DNA from: Paraspadella gotoi | Taxonomy: Eukaryota > Animalia > Chaetognatha | NCBI GenBank assembly: GCA_051294375.1 | Contig: CM119266.1 | Location: forward strand, 24,431,897 to 24,495,896 | DNA length: 64,000 bases | Direction: 5' to 3' | Made by a program: the position numbers and the translations under genes | Notes under the pieces: generated by a model | Database searches by the model: none | Seen by the model: only the letters and a program-made list of their open reading frames with translations | Told to the model about the DNA's origin: nothing | Part shown: piece after piece, positions 1-11,373 of the stretch | Numbering within the stretch: the stretch's first letter is position 1 | Layout: each line of letters begins with the position of its first letter

Positions 1-1616
1 CTCCCCGGCTTAAAATTCGATTCGAGTGAAACTCGGCAGAAAGTAAAGGACGCTTGAAAAGTTGACGTCAAATAAATTTCGCGCCTTTACGCTCGGGCGT
101 TCGACCGGAAGCGGACGATAACAACAACAACAGGAAGCGAATCTTGAAACACCGCGCCAGCGACACTTTTTTTTCTTCATAGATGTTGAGCAACGCAAAG
201 ATATGAGTATAATTTTTTTTAGTTTAAGTGATAAAAATGTTTACTTGGAGTTTTGGAGACTGCATCATGTGCATCATATGTCTTACATAGGAAAAAGAAA
301 AGAGATTACATAACAAAAAGCTAGATGGCCCGAATGAATAGCTAAGATTAAAAACAGAAAAGAAGAGCGAAACAGACAAAAATAGAAAGCCAAATGCAAG
401 AAATTAACGAAACCAAAAAAAGTAAACAAAAACTGAGAAGAGGCTTCGTAATTAGCGAGAAGGAGAAAGGAGAAAAAAAAAAAGAAAGAAGTAAAATAGA
501 GAAAAGAAAAAGAAAAAGAAAAGCCAGTCCGCTTAAGAGTTGAGTTATGGTTACGGCCAGAGGGGGAACGCTTCTCTTCACTTCCCTAAATAACGTTATT
601 AGTTTTTTTTCCTTCGTTTTTCTTCCGTGTTGTTTTTATTAAATCGTCGCTTGTTGTTGTTGTTGTTGTTGTTGTTATTGTTGTCGTTGTCGTCGTTGGG
701 TTGAGGTCGTTTTCCTCGATGTGGGAATGTATGGGATTTAAATCATCTCGAATGAATCCCTGACCTGGAAAAAGCATGCTCTTTGTGAAGATGGCATATA
801 AATGTACATCCAATAAATACTAATGTGAGAAAAAAGGCAAGGTTGTCCAATCTTCTGCATTTAAATGAAACTAAACCTTCCTACTCTGTTTTCTACTTTA
901 ATCCAGACCAACAAAGCGACCGACTGAAAATGTTTACTCAAAAGATGCCTGGACGCATCGTCTAAAAATAAGCAGCGCCTCGAAATCGTCCATTTATTTT
1001 TCATACGTATGATCTTTCTTTTCGCCTTCACCTTCTGGTCGGAAAAAAAAAAAGGCGAAAACCACTCTTTCCGCTTTTCTTCTTTTTTTTTTGATTTTTA
1101 ATATTTTTTTTGTGTGTGTAATATTTATTGAAAGAATCTTGGTGCTGGCAGTTTTACGGTCGACGCGCCGAATATGAGCTATGGGCGNNNNNNNNNNNNN
1201 NNNNNNNNNNNNNNNNNNNNNNNNNNNNNNNNNNNNNNNNNNNNNNNNNNNNNNNNNNNNNNNNNNNNNNNNNNNNNNNNNNNNNNNNNNNNNNNNNNNN
1301 NNNNNNNNNNNNNNNNNNNNNNNNNNNNNNNNNNNNNNNNNNNNNNNNNNNNNNNNNNNNNNNNNNNNNNNNNNNNNNNNNNNNNNNNNNNNNNNNNNNN
1401 NNNNNNNGAAGAAGCGTATCGAGTTGCAGGAGTTGGGGGCGTTGGACTGTGTTTCGAGGCGTCGAAGGGAGCCGTGTGGACGGGAAACTTGAGTGTTGCT
1501 CAACTGGATGTAGAAAAGGTGAGAGTCTGACTGAGATCGTTCGCTCTGTCGTTTCTATTCGATCTCTACTGATGTGAGAACAAGAAATGTTTGGGCAAGA
1601 GATTTACGGTTGAAGA

Positions 1617-1668
1617 GTGGGATAGTGGATAATAGGATAGTGGGATAGTGGGATAGTGGGATGGTGTG
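1617..1668. repeat. 8-bp tandem repeat (GTGGGATA)n
   Basis: About 5-6 imperfect units read directly. Confidence 0.7.
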
Positions 1669-1782
1669 GGGAAAGCGTCAGGCTCCTTTGTGATCATTTG
1701 AAGGGAAGGCGGAGGCGTAGGCGAAAGGTGTGAAGGACATACGTGGGCGAAGAAACGAGAATGAAAATCGCGTCATCGACGA

Positions 1783-1814
<32 letters not shown>

Positions 1815-2053
1815 AAAACGGCTACGGTGACAACAGCGACGACATCGACGGAGTCAAATCGAACTTGATTCATACGCCACGATAAACCATAACAAAAAAA
1901 AAACAATAACAACAACAACGACGACCTCGTTGCTTTATTATCAAAAGTCTCGGAACATGAAAGGAAACAAAGAGAAACATGAGACGGGGTTTTACGACTG
2001 GACGGACGGATTCGGATTGGGAGTGCGCTCTTCGGGCGCAAGATTGAATATTC

Positions 2054-2089
<36 letters not shown>

Positions 2090-2999
2090 NNNNNNNNNNN
2101 NNNNNNNNNNNNNNNNNNNNNNNNNNNNNNNNNNNNNNNNNNNNNNNNNNNNNNNNNNNNNNNNNNNNNNNNNNNNNNNNNNNNNNNNNNNNNNNNNNNN
2201 NNNNNNNNNNNNNNNNNNNNNNNNNNNNNNNNNNNNNNNNNNNNNNNNNNNNNNNNNNNNNNNNNNNNNNNNNNNNNNNNNNNNNNNNNNNNNNNNNNNN
2301 NNNNNNNNNNNNNNNNNNNNNNNNAACTGTTATTTTGGAATATTCTTGTAAAATTGAGAAAAGTATTAAACTAAGCTAACTAAGCTAATAATTTGATAAT
2401 ATTTTTATCGTACTTTTCGTTGACATTGATCAATTGCGTCAAAATTCTTTTTTTTTCTCGACGAGAAACATAGCGAGTTTTCTCAGTACTAAAACTAATA
2501 CTGATACTAATAATAGTATTAATAATAACTTCGCTCTTTTTCTCTCTCACAAAAAAAACTGGAAAAAACTGTGCAAATACCAGTTTATGAGGGATCGTGT
2601 CAAAAAGCATGATAAAACATTCAACTGGTCAATTAGGCAGACTTTCGAAGCAATTAGTTTTACTGCTTCTTCTAATTGGGAGATAAAAACTTTTTTTTTG
2701 AGATGGAGCTATATTAGCTTTTCTTTGATAGGCATGAAAAAAATGAGATGCATCCTAAAAAATAATAAATATAATAGAATAATTTAAGACACACATCAAT
2801 AAAGTGGTACAAGAATTTGGATCAGCAAAGTGAGCGAAGGAGGTGGAAACTCAATGTTATCAACCGACGTCACCCTTTCACCTCTCGATCTCCCTCTGAC
2901 TGTCTCGCTCTCTATCTATCCCCACCAAGTAAAACACCGGTCAACGACTCCGTCTCAAGAGTCACCTCGCACTCGGGGAAAAAGAAGCGATAAAACCTC

Positions 3000-3220
3000 G
3001 ACTGGCCAAATGGCTCTCGACTCTCTCAAAAACGGAAAGCCGGGCCCCGACCCCGCGCGCCGACCCGCCCGCAGCCCGAGTCGGCCGACGCCCCACAGCC
3101 CGAGCGGCCGCCCCTGTGCGCCCCCAGAAAGGGCGCGAAAGGGAGGGAGAGTTTGATTCGAGTCGCCGCCGTTCAAATCAGTCCTCGGGGCCGTGAAAAA
3201 CCCCAAAACCGACGCTCCCG
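3000..3220. promoter_or_regulatory. GC/CpG-rich island upstream of the TF exon; candidate promoter or enhancer
   Basis: Isolated CpG-dense patch with the duplicated motif CAGCCCGAG(T)CGGCCG, an Inr-like TCAGTC at 3178-3183, and a TTTGAT/GCCGCC pair. Confidence 0.35.
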
Positions 3221-3681
3221 ATAGCGGAGACGAGATAGAGAGAGAGAGAGGAGAGCGAGAGAGAATGAGAGGGAGAGGAGAGCAAGAGAGGAGAGAGGAG
3301 GACGAGAGATAGACGAGAGCGAATGGCAATAACTGCGTAACAATAACGATCCTATTAACAACAACAACAACAACAGCGGAAAACCACATCGGTCGATACG
3401 ACCACGCTGCAGGATTTCTTCTCTTTGATTTTTCTTTCCTCGCCTTCTTTTACTTTTTTCTCTAATTGTTTTTCTTTTCTTTCTTTTCTTTCTTTTCTTC
3501 TGTTCTTTCTTGCTTTCTTTCTTTCTTCTTTCTTTCTTTCTTTCTTCTTTCTTTCTTTCTTTCTTCTTTCTTTCTTTTTTCTTTCGTTTCTTTCTTTCTT
3601 TCTCTTTTCCTTTCTCTTTATCTTTTTCTCTCTTATTTCCTTTTACCATTGTTAGTTCCTTTCTTTTTTTATCTCTCTTTT

Positions 3682-4248
3682 TAGCCCCACTCAATGGGAT
3701 GAGTCAAAAATTTAGACTGAGTACATACTCAAAAGAAAATTTATACATTTCTAAGTAAATTTCTTATATGGCTCTCCATAGTAATTAATTTTTTAATATT
3801 TATTTTTAAATAGGAAAGGCCAACAATTGTTTAAAGAAATTTTTAAATTTTAAGACCAGATTCAGTTAGCTCATGAAAAGTTGTCTACACAAAGTATAAT
3901 TATTTTTTAAATATTTTCATGATAAGTGAGTAAAAAATAAGAAAAACTGAAAAAAATCATTATCATCATCATCTTTAGCTGATTTTATCAGTTTTTTACA
4001 TTTTCACATAGAAAATGTAAGAATTTTTAAAAGCTGTAATTATATTTCTTGTTGAGTTTTTTATGCTCTATCAGAATCTATCAAAAAAATTATTTTTCTC
4101 TATATAGTAATATAATAATATAATATAATATAATACCCTCAGAAGAAAGCACTTTTGACAAAAAATAATTTAATACCATAAAATATTGTCATGATAGATT
4201 ATTTTTATGCTCTATACATTAGCATTTAAATTTCATCGGCTACGGATA
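3682..4248 (+). mobile_element. AT-rich dispersed repeat, copy 1 (putative non-autonomous DNA transposon/MITE)
   Basis: Colinear along its full length with the reverse complement of 13844-14449, e.g. TAGCCCCACTCAATGGGATGAGTCAAAAATTTAGA vs TAGCCGCACTCAATGGGGTGAGTCAAAAATTTAGA, plus shared AAAAGTTGTCTACACAAAGTATAAT and AGCATTTAAATTTCATCGGCTA. Non-coding. Confidence 0.7.
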
Positions 4249-6396
4249 TCTTAATGTTTTATTCTTTCTTTATTTCTTTTTTCTTTCTTTACTCTTTCTT
4301 TCCTACTTTTTAAAAAAAAAATTGTTATATCCCTTTTTCCACTTTTTTGTCTTTTTTTGTCTTATTTTCTTCTTTCCCTTTTAAAAAATCCTTTTTTTTT
4401 CTTTTCATCTTTTCCCCTTCTCACTCCCCCCCCCCTTTTCTTCATTCAATTTTCCCCCTTTGATTTTCATCCTGTAATTAAAAAAAAGACAGAGATGGTA
4501 CAGTCTCGTGCTTATGCCGCGGACGACGATAAAACGGACGACGACCGACGCAACGACGGTTACGGCGACGACGTCAATGACGACGACGACGACGACGACG
4601 ACGTGGACGCGTTACGCCCAAAAAGCATTTCTTTCGCCCGCGCGAGAAAGAGAGGGAGAGAGAGAGAGAGAAAGAGCGAGAGCGAGACTGAGAAAGAGTG
4701 AAAAAAAAAACATTTGGCACAAAAACTCTCGTCGTCAAAACAACAACAACAACAATTCTTTTCAATTTTTTTTTTTAATTTCCTAGAAAAAAATAAAGAA
4801 GAAAAAAAGAAAGACAAATTTTCATCCAATGTTAACCTACCATTTTTATTCCACGATTCTTTATTTTTATTTTTAACAACTTAATTTTATGGACTCGTTT
4901 CGTCGTCTCTTTTCTTTTTCCTCGCCTTCGTCTTCCAAATATCGTCACATACTACGAATCCTTTTCTCTTCTGGCATTTAACTCATCTTCGATTCACACA
5001 TTAAAATCGTGAAAGGAGGAACGCCGCCCGTTTGATCGAGGGGATCGGGAAGAGGAGGAGCGGACAAGGAGTTTTTCAATGAGAGGAGGAAGAGCATCGT
5101 TTGTGGTGATAGAATGAGAGAGAGTCTCGACTCGGGGAGGGAGAGAAAGAGAGAGAGAGAGAGGAGAAAGAGGGAGAAAAGAGTAGGATAAGAAAAGAAG
5201 GAAATATTCTGCTTTCTACTGCACTCATCTGCTCCGGTGGGCGGGAGAGGAGAGAGGAAGAGAGAGAGAGGAGAGAGAGTAGACAGAGAGGNNNNNNNNN
5301 NNNNNNNNNNNNNNNNNNNNNNNNNNNNNNNNNNNNNNNNNNNNNNNNNNNNNNNNNNNNNNNNNNNNNNNNNNNNNNNNNNNNNNNNNNNNNNNNNNNN
5401 NNNNNNNNNNNNNNNNNNNNNNNNNNNNNNNNNNNNNNNNNNNNNNNNNNNNNNNNNNNNNNNNNNNNNNNNNNNNNNNNNNNNNNNNNNNNNNNNNNNN
5501 NNNNNNNNNNNNNNNNNNNNNNNNNNNNNNNNNNNNNNNNNNNNNNNNNNNNNNNNNNNNNNNNNNNNNNNNNNNNNNNNNNNNNNNNNNNNNNNNNNNN
5601 NNNNNNNNNNNNNNNNNNNNNNNNNNNNNNNNNNNNNNNNNNNNNNNNNNNNNNNNNNNNNNNNNNNNNNNNNNNNNNNNNNNNNNNNNNNNNNNNNNNN
5701 NNNNNNNNNNNNNNNNNNNNNNNNNNNNNNNNNNNNNNNNNNNNNNNNNNNNNNNNNNNNNNNNNNNNNNNNNNNNNNNNNNNNNNNNNNNNNNNNNNNN
5801 NNNNNNNNNNNNNNNNNNNNNNNNNNNNNNNNNNNNNNNNNNNNNNNNNNNNNNNNNNNNNNNNNNNNNNNNNNNNNNNNNNNNNNNNNNNNNNNNNNNN
5901 NNNNNNNNNNNNNNNNNNNNNNNNNNNNNNNNAACGAGATCGAATTTACGGGTTTTTTCTTTATTGGACGAAGCTGTAAAATTCGCGTGCCTTTTGAAAC
6001 CGTCGATTTGAAGCACAAAGTTTATCTTCGCCAACGTAAACTGTCTACAAAAATTATGAATAGAAAAAAAAAACTAAGAGTATTATTTACGGCCTCGGCA
6101 TTTTTTTTTTCGTGATAAAAGCATTTTAAAATTTCCTCCTTTAGCATTTAATTTCCACTATTCGCTAAAATCTGAGCAAGCAATATGATGAATTTCTTTT
6201 TAAATAAATTTCCCTATTCTTGTGCATCGGTAGTAACGCAGTAATGATGGGAAAAAACAGCTCATCCTAATATCTTGATTGTTTTATCCTAATAATTTTA
6301 ATTTAATTTAATATAATTTAATAATTTAATTCATCCTAATATCTTGATTTTCTTGTTTTTTTCAGAAATCAAATAAATCAGAAAACGATCTTCAAA

Positions 6397-6440
<44 letters not shown>

Positions 6441-6475
6441 TCTCTCTCATATCTCCTCTTCTTATCTTGTTTCAG

Positions 6476-7414
6476 CCCCCCTCTCTCTTTCACCCCCCTC
6501 TCCACCTCCCCGAGGCCATAGGAACTCGGCCTCGTGGCCAAGTATCCCGACCCGATTCCACCACTGCCCTCAGCGACCGCGCCGCTCCACCTAACCTCCC
6601 AACCGCCCCCCGCCGCTGCCGCCACGCCGGTTCGCCGCGCTCACTTCCCACAGCGGCGGCCCCTCCTTCCGCCTCTCCCGTCCAGACGACTTCCCTTCCT
6701 TCCCCCGTCCCTCACCCCATCTCCTCGCTCCCCGGTCAGTCGGCGTCTTCGGCGGCGGCCGCCGCTGCCGCCGCCGCAGCGGCAACTCGCACTTCCGTCG
6801 CCGCCGCAGCGTCTTACTACACCAAGTACGAGACGGCCGTGAAGAACGAGTACATCAAGAACGAGTTCATGAAGTCAGACTACTTACCAAACTCCATCTC
6901 CGCCGCCGCCGCCGCCGGCGTCGCCGCCGCCAAAGACTCCACGTCGACCCACCCCCACTACGCGGACCAGTTTTCTCTGTGGAAGACGTCGGCGGCGGAC
7001 TCGACCTCCTCGATGGCCGCCTCCTCCATGTACACGGCCAACCTCCCCGCCCTCGGCCCTTACTCTTCTCTGGTGGACCGCGCCGCCGCCGCAGCCTCCG
7101 CCAATCCCTTTCCCTCGGCCGCGGCGGCGTACTCGGCCGCCGCCAGCTCTTACTACACGCCCCACCATCATCACCACCAGGCAAGCTGGCGGCGGCGGCG
7201 GCGGCGGCCGCCAACTCACCCCATTCATCACACATCCCCCGCACGCCGCACGTGGGCGCCGCGGCGCTGAACCCGCGGTCCTGGTGCGGCGCCAACGCCT
7301 CCTTCAACGGCACCTTCGACGTTCCCGGCGGGCATCATGTCTCCCCGGCGACGGCCGCGGCCGCCGTCAGCGGCGGACTCCCGCTCGTCGGCGATCACTA
7401 CGGGGATAATGCAG
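6476..7414 (+). CDS. Coding exon of a probable developmental transcription factor (Ala/His/Pro/Ser/Tyr-rich N-terminal region; possibly posterior Hox/Abd-B-like), with apparent indel errors
   Basis: Polypyrimidine tract and TTTCAG acceptor (AG at 6474-6475); CAG|GTGAGT donor after 7414. Sharp GC-rich island with codons ending mostly in C/G. The protein-like reading passes through three frames: ELGLVAKYPDPIPPLPSATAPLHLTSQPPPAAAA, then SAAAAAAAAAATRTSVAAAASYYTKYETAVKNEYIKNEFMKSDYLP...YYTPHHHHHQ, then KLAAAAAAAANSPHSS...NPRSWCG...GDHYGDNA. Poly-Ala and poly-His runs are typical of homeobox and other developmental TFs. The family assignment is inference only. Confidence 0.8.
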
Positions 7415-8472
7415 GTGAGTTCAGTCGAGGTCAGATCGTTATGGGAGGTGATTGGGTGAGTTTGAATTCCGTCGGTGAATGAGTTGGTGAATGCATTTGA
7501 AAAGAATCATCTCTTAATATCGGGGAAAGTCCGGAAGGAAACTTTTCATTTGAGATAATTGCTGTGCTTAAGAAAATTTGGATCAAATCTTTAAATCTTT
7601 AGGTTCAAAATTATCTCAATTTGAAACTATTGTAGTATGTATGTAAAATGTTATTAATCATATTCAGTGCCTTGAATTGTCTGAGTCATCGTCTTAGACC
7701 TACGCTCTGCCATTTATCGTTTATGAACTCACTTTCTCGAATATGAAAACATTTGTTGGTTTCAAATTTTTAAAAAACGAATTTTTTTTACTTTATATCA
7801 AACGCATTAAAAATCAGATCATAATTTAAATTTAGTTTTTTAGTTTCAGTACCGGTTCGTGGTAACAAATCAAAATTCCGAAACGACCGTAATTTGTATG
7901 CTAATGCTCTCTTCTATGAATCGTTTTCATTTTGCGTGAGTGGGTTGAAACGTTCAACATTTCTCTAGCATTTTTTGGCCTGAGAAAAAATTATTGTCTA
8001 AGCGAAAAAAATGTTTACATTTTTTTAAACATTTTTCGTTTAAAAAGGTATGAAATTATACAATTTTTAATTTTCAAAACAGAGAGAGAGATGTAGAAAG
8101 ATAAATTTGGGAGCAAAGAGTAAAAAAAAATAATTACATCAAGTTTAATACGTACAATCGATTGATCTATAATGATATTCCTAATTAATTTAACTGCGGC
8201 TGACAAATAATAAAACCGTCAATCGGTCGACATTAAAAAAAAAAATTGGTGCCGACCAATGCAAAAAAATAAAAAGGCAAACTCATTCGCAAAAAAAAAA
8301 ATAGAAAATAAAAAATAAAAAAGAGAAATTGGAGGTTTTAATTCCATCGAAGCGAATTAGCGAGGATTGACGCAAATGAGTCTGAGTCGTCATGACGACG
8401 ACGCCGACTTTGTCGATGCCTTCCAGAGTCGGAGACGAGTTTTAACAGATTCGACGATCGTCATAATTTGTC

Positions 8473-8562
<90 letters not shown>

Positions 8563-8989
8563 GGAGAAGACAAGACAGACAGACAAGACACACACAGACG
8601 GACCGACAGACAGACCTTAAAATAAACAGGAAAGGAAGGGAAAATTCTGCAGTGATTTTACTAAAACAGGATTCAGCATCACTTGATCGCGTCTCAAATT
8701 CTTTTCTTTTTTTTCTTTTTTGCTTTAATTTTTTCCCTTTTATTCTTTTTTTCTCTTTGTGCGGCATCGTCAAGGCGATCGGACTCTCGAGTGCCAATCC
8801 GCCCTTTTTGCAGCTGTCGACGTCTGACTGTTTGGAGTGTTGTTGTTGTCCGCGCTACTTTCAGTCAAATCCGGGGCTGATTAACGTCAAATCTAACGCT
8901 ACTCGAACCATTGCCTGGTATAACCTTTACCATAATAGAATATTTGTTTCTCCCCCTTTCCTCTCTCTCCTCTCTTCTCTTCTCTCCTC

Positions 8990-9030
<41 letters not shown>

Positions 9031-9217
9031 ATTCTATCTCTCTCTCTCTCTAAAATAAAAGCAGGAGGCCCATTTTTTGTCGAGCCCGCTCCTGCGGCCA
9101 CGGAAGCCGAATAGTAGAGAGGAAAAAAGAGCAGGCTGACATTTCAGTGTAACATTCCGCCGCCGCGCCGTAAAATCATTTATGTTCCAGTAAAAGATAC
9201 GATTCATTTACTCTGAC

Positions 9218-9253
<36 letters not shown>

Positions 9254-9256
9254 GAT

Positions 9257-9290
<34 letters not shown>

Positions 9291-11309
9291 CGTTTGTTTT
9301 ACTTTTTTATCAGCTTTTTGCCCTCTCGTGCATCGTTTAGTTTCTTCCGCGTCAGAATTCCGTTCCTCTAGTGGATTTTTTTTTAATGTTTTTATTTTTT
9401 TCTATCCCGCCCCGCCGCCCCCCCTTTGCCCAAAAGAATAAGTGTACGATTTCTCTCGAAATTTGTCCTTTCCAAAAATTCATCGCGCAACTGATTTCAA
9501 ACAAACAAAATTTGACTCTCTTCATCTCACAAGAGTCAAACTTGTTAGAAAATTATTTTGTCAAACGAAAAAGTTGGTAGCATAGTCGCGCGGCGAAATA
9601 TAGAATCTCGAAGCGGCGAATATTGCGAACGGGTTTTGACGGTCGAATTCCTTTAGTTTTCGCCAAATCGAGGGAACGAATGTCGATTACTAGGCATCAA
9701 GTTTAATTGTGACTAAAGGTAGAAACGGTGCGTCCCTGTTGTTATTACTGAATCAAAACACATTTGCCTATAATCAGTAAGCACTAAGCAGAAAAGCAAG
9801 CTTTTAACCTTGATACCGTTTACGCATTGCGGGCCATCAAGTTCAGANNNNNNNNNNNNNNNNNNNNNNNNNNNNNNNNNNNNNNNNNNNNNNNNNNNNN
9901 NNNNNNNNNNNNNNNNNNNNNNNNNNNNNNNNNNNNNNNNNNNNNNNNNNNNNNNNNNNNNNNNNNNNNNNNNNNNNNNNNNNNNNNNNNNNNNNNNNNN
10001 NNNNNNNNNNNNNNNNNNNNNNNNNNNNNNNNNNNNNNNNNNNNNNNNNNNNNNNNNNNNNNNNNNNNNNNNNNNNNNNNNNNNNNNNNNNNNNNNNNNN
10101 NNNNNNNNNNNNNNNNNNNNNNNNNNNNNNNNNNNNNNNNNNNNNNNNNNNNNNNNNNNNNNNNNNNNNNNNNNNNNNNNNNNNNNNNNNNNNNNNNNNN
10201 NNNNNNNNNNNNNNNNNNNNNNNNNNNNNNNNNNNNNNNNNNNNNNNNNNNNNNNNNNNNNNNNNNNNNNNNNNNNNNNNNNNNNNNNNNNNNNNNNNNN
10301 NNNNNNNNNNNNNNNNNNNNNNNNNNNNNNNNNNNNNNNNNNNNNNNNNNNNNNNNNNNNNNNNNNNNNNNNNNNNNNNNNNNNNNNNNNNNNNNNNNNN
10401 NNNNNNNNNNNNNNNNNNNNNNNNNNNNNNNNNNCGGCAACGAAGAGGAATCGATCCATGGTGTTGAAAATTCGACCCCAAATGTCGACACCATGAAATT
10501 TCCAGACGGAACCATGAGCCCGTCACTTCAAAAAGATCCAACAAGCGAACGGCCGATCCGGAGAAAACGCCCCGGTTTTATTTTTATTTATTCATTTGCT
10601 CGATGCTTACGGCCACTTTGTTTTTAATTATTTTCATTTGGAAAAAAGTTGACCGAGAAATACTTTAAGTCATCATGTCTTTAAAAGTTTTCGCTCGCTC
10701 AGGTTTTCGGCCAATTGAAATACGAGCTTTTTTTGTCGCCGAAGTCGATTTATCAAAAAAGCGCAAAGGTTCCGCGATTTCGTCATGCTGTTTTTCAATT
10801 TCAAAAAGCGAGCCGTCTCTCTCTCTCTCTGACTCTTTCTGTCTCTCTCTCTCTATTTCTCTCGATTGAGTTTAAGTTTCGGACCCGTTTTTGTGGAGAG
10901 GCGAGTCTCCTGATAACTGATAACGATTTTAAAACTTCTTTAATTTTTAAACCACCGCGAACGTTTTTTTCCTTTGATGACTCATCGAATCAAACGAAGA
11001 ATTTCAAAGAAAAAAAAACTTTTTTTTTAAAAAAATAAGACTTTTTCGTTGATTTGGGGCGTCGAGCAAAGAGCAGGTAAACCTGATTTAAATTCAAATG
11101 ACTTTATTCAGTTTAATTGTTTGTATTTAGATAATTTTATTGGTCTGTTTTTAGTTAATTTTGAGTCTTTGATAATTTTTTTTTCTTTTTAAATCGTCAG
11201 ATCGAGTTCGAACCTCGTCTTCATTTTTTCTCGTCATTTTCTTAGCGCGCCTTTTTTCTCCTTTCGCCTCCTTTCTTCCTCCATATTTCTTCTCTCTCTC
11301 ACCTTATGG

Positions 11310-11373
<64 letters not shown>

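Noticed and set aside
4978-6115. Long ORFs spanning N-runs (also near 1.0-1.6k, 9.7-10.6k, 44.3-45.0k and 49.5-50.8k)
   Set aside because: Their length comes from X codons in assembly gaps.
8386-8399. 14-bp perfect palindrome GTCGTCATGACGAC
   Set aside because: Expected by chance given the abundant (GTC)n/(GAC)n repeats.
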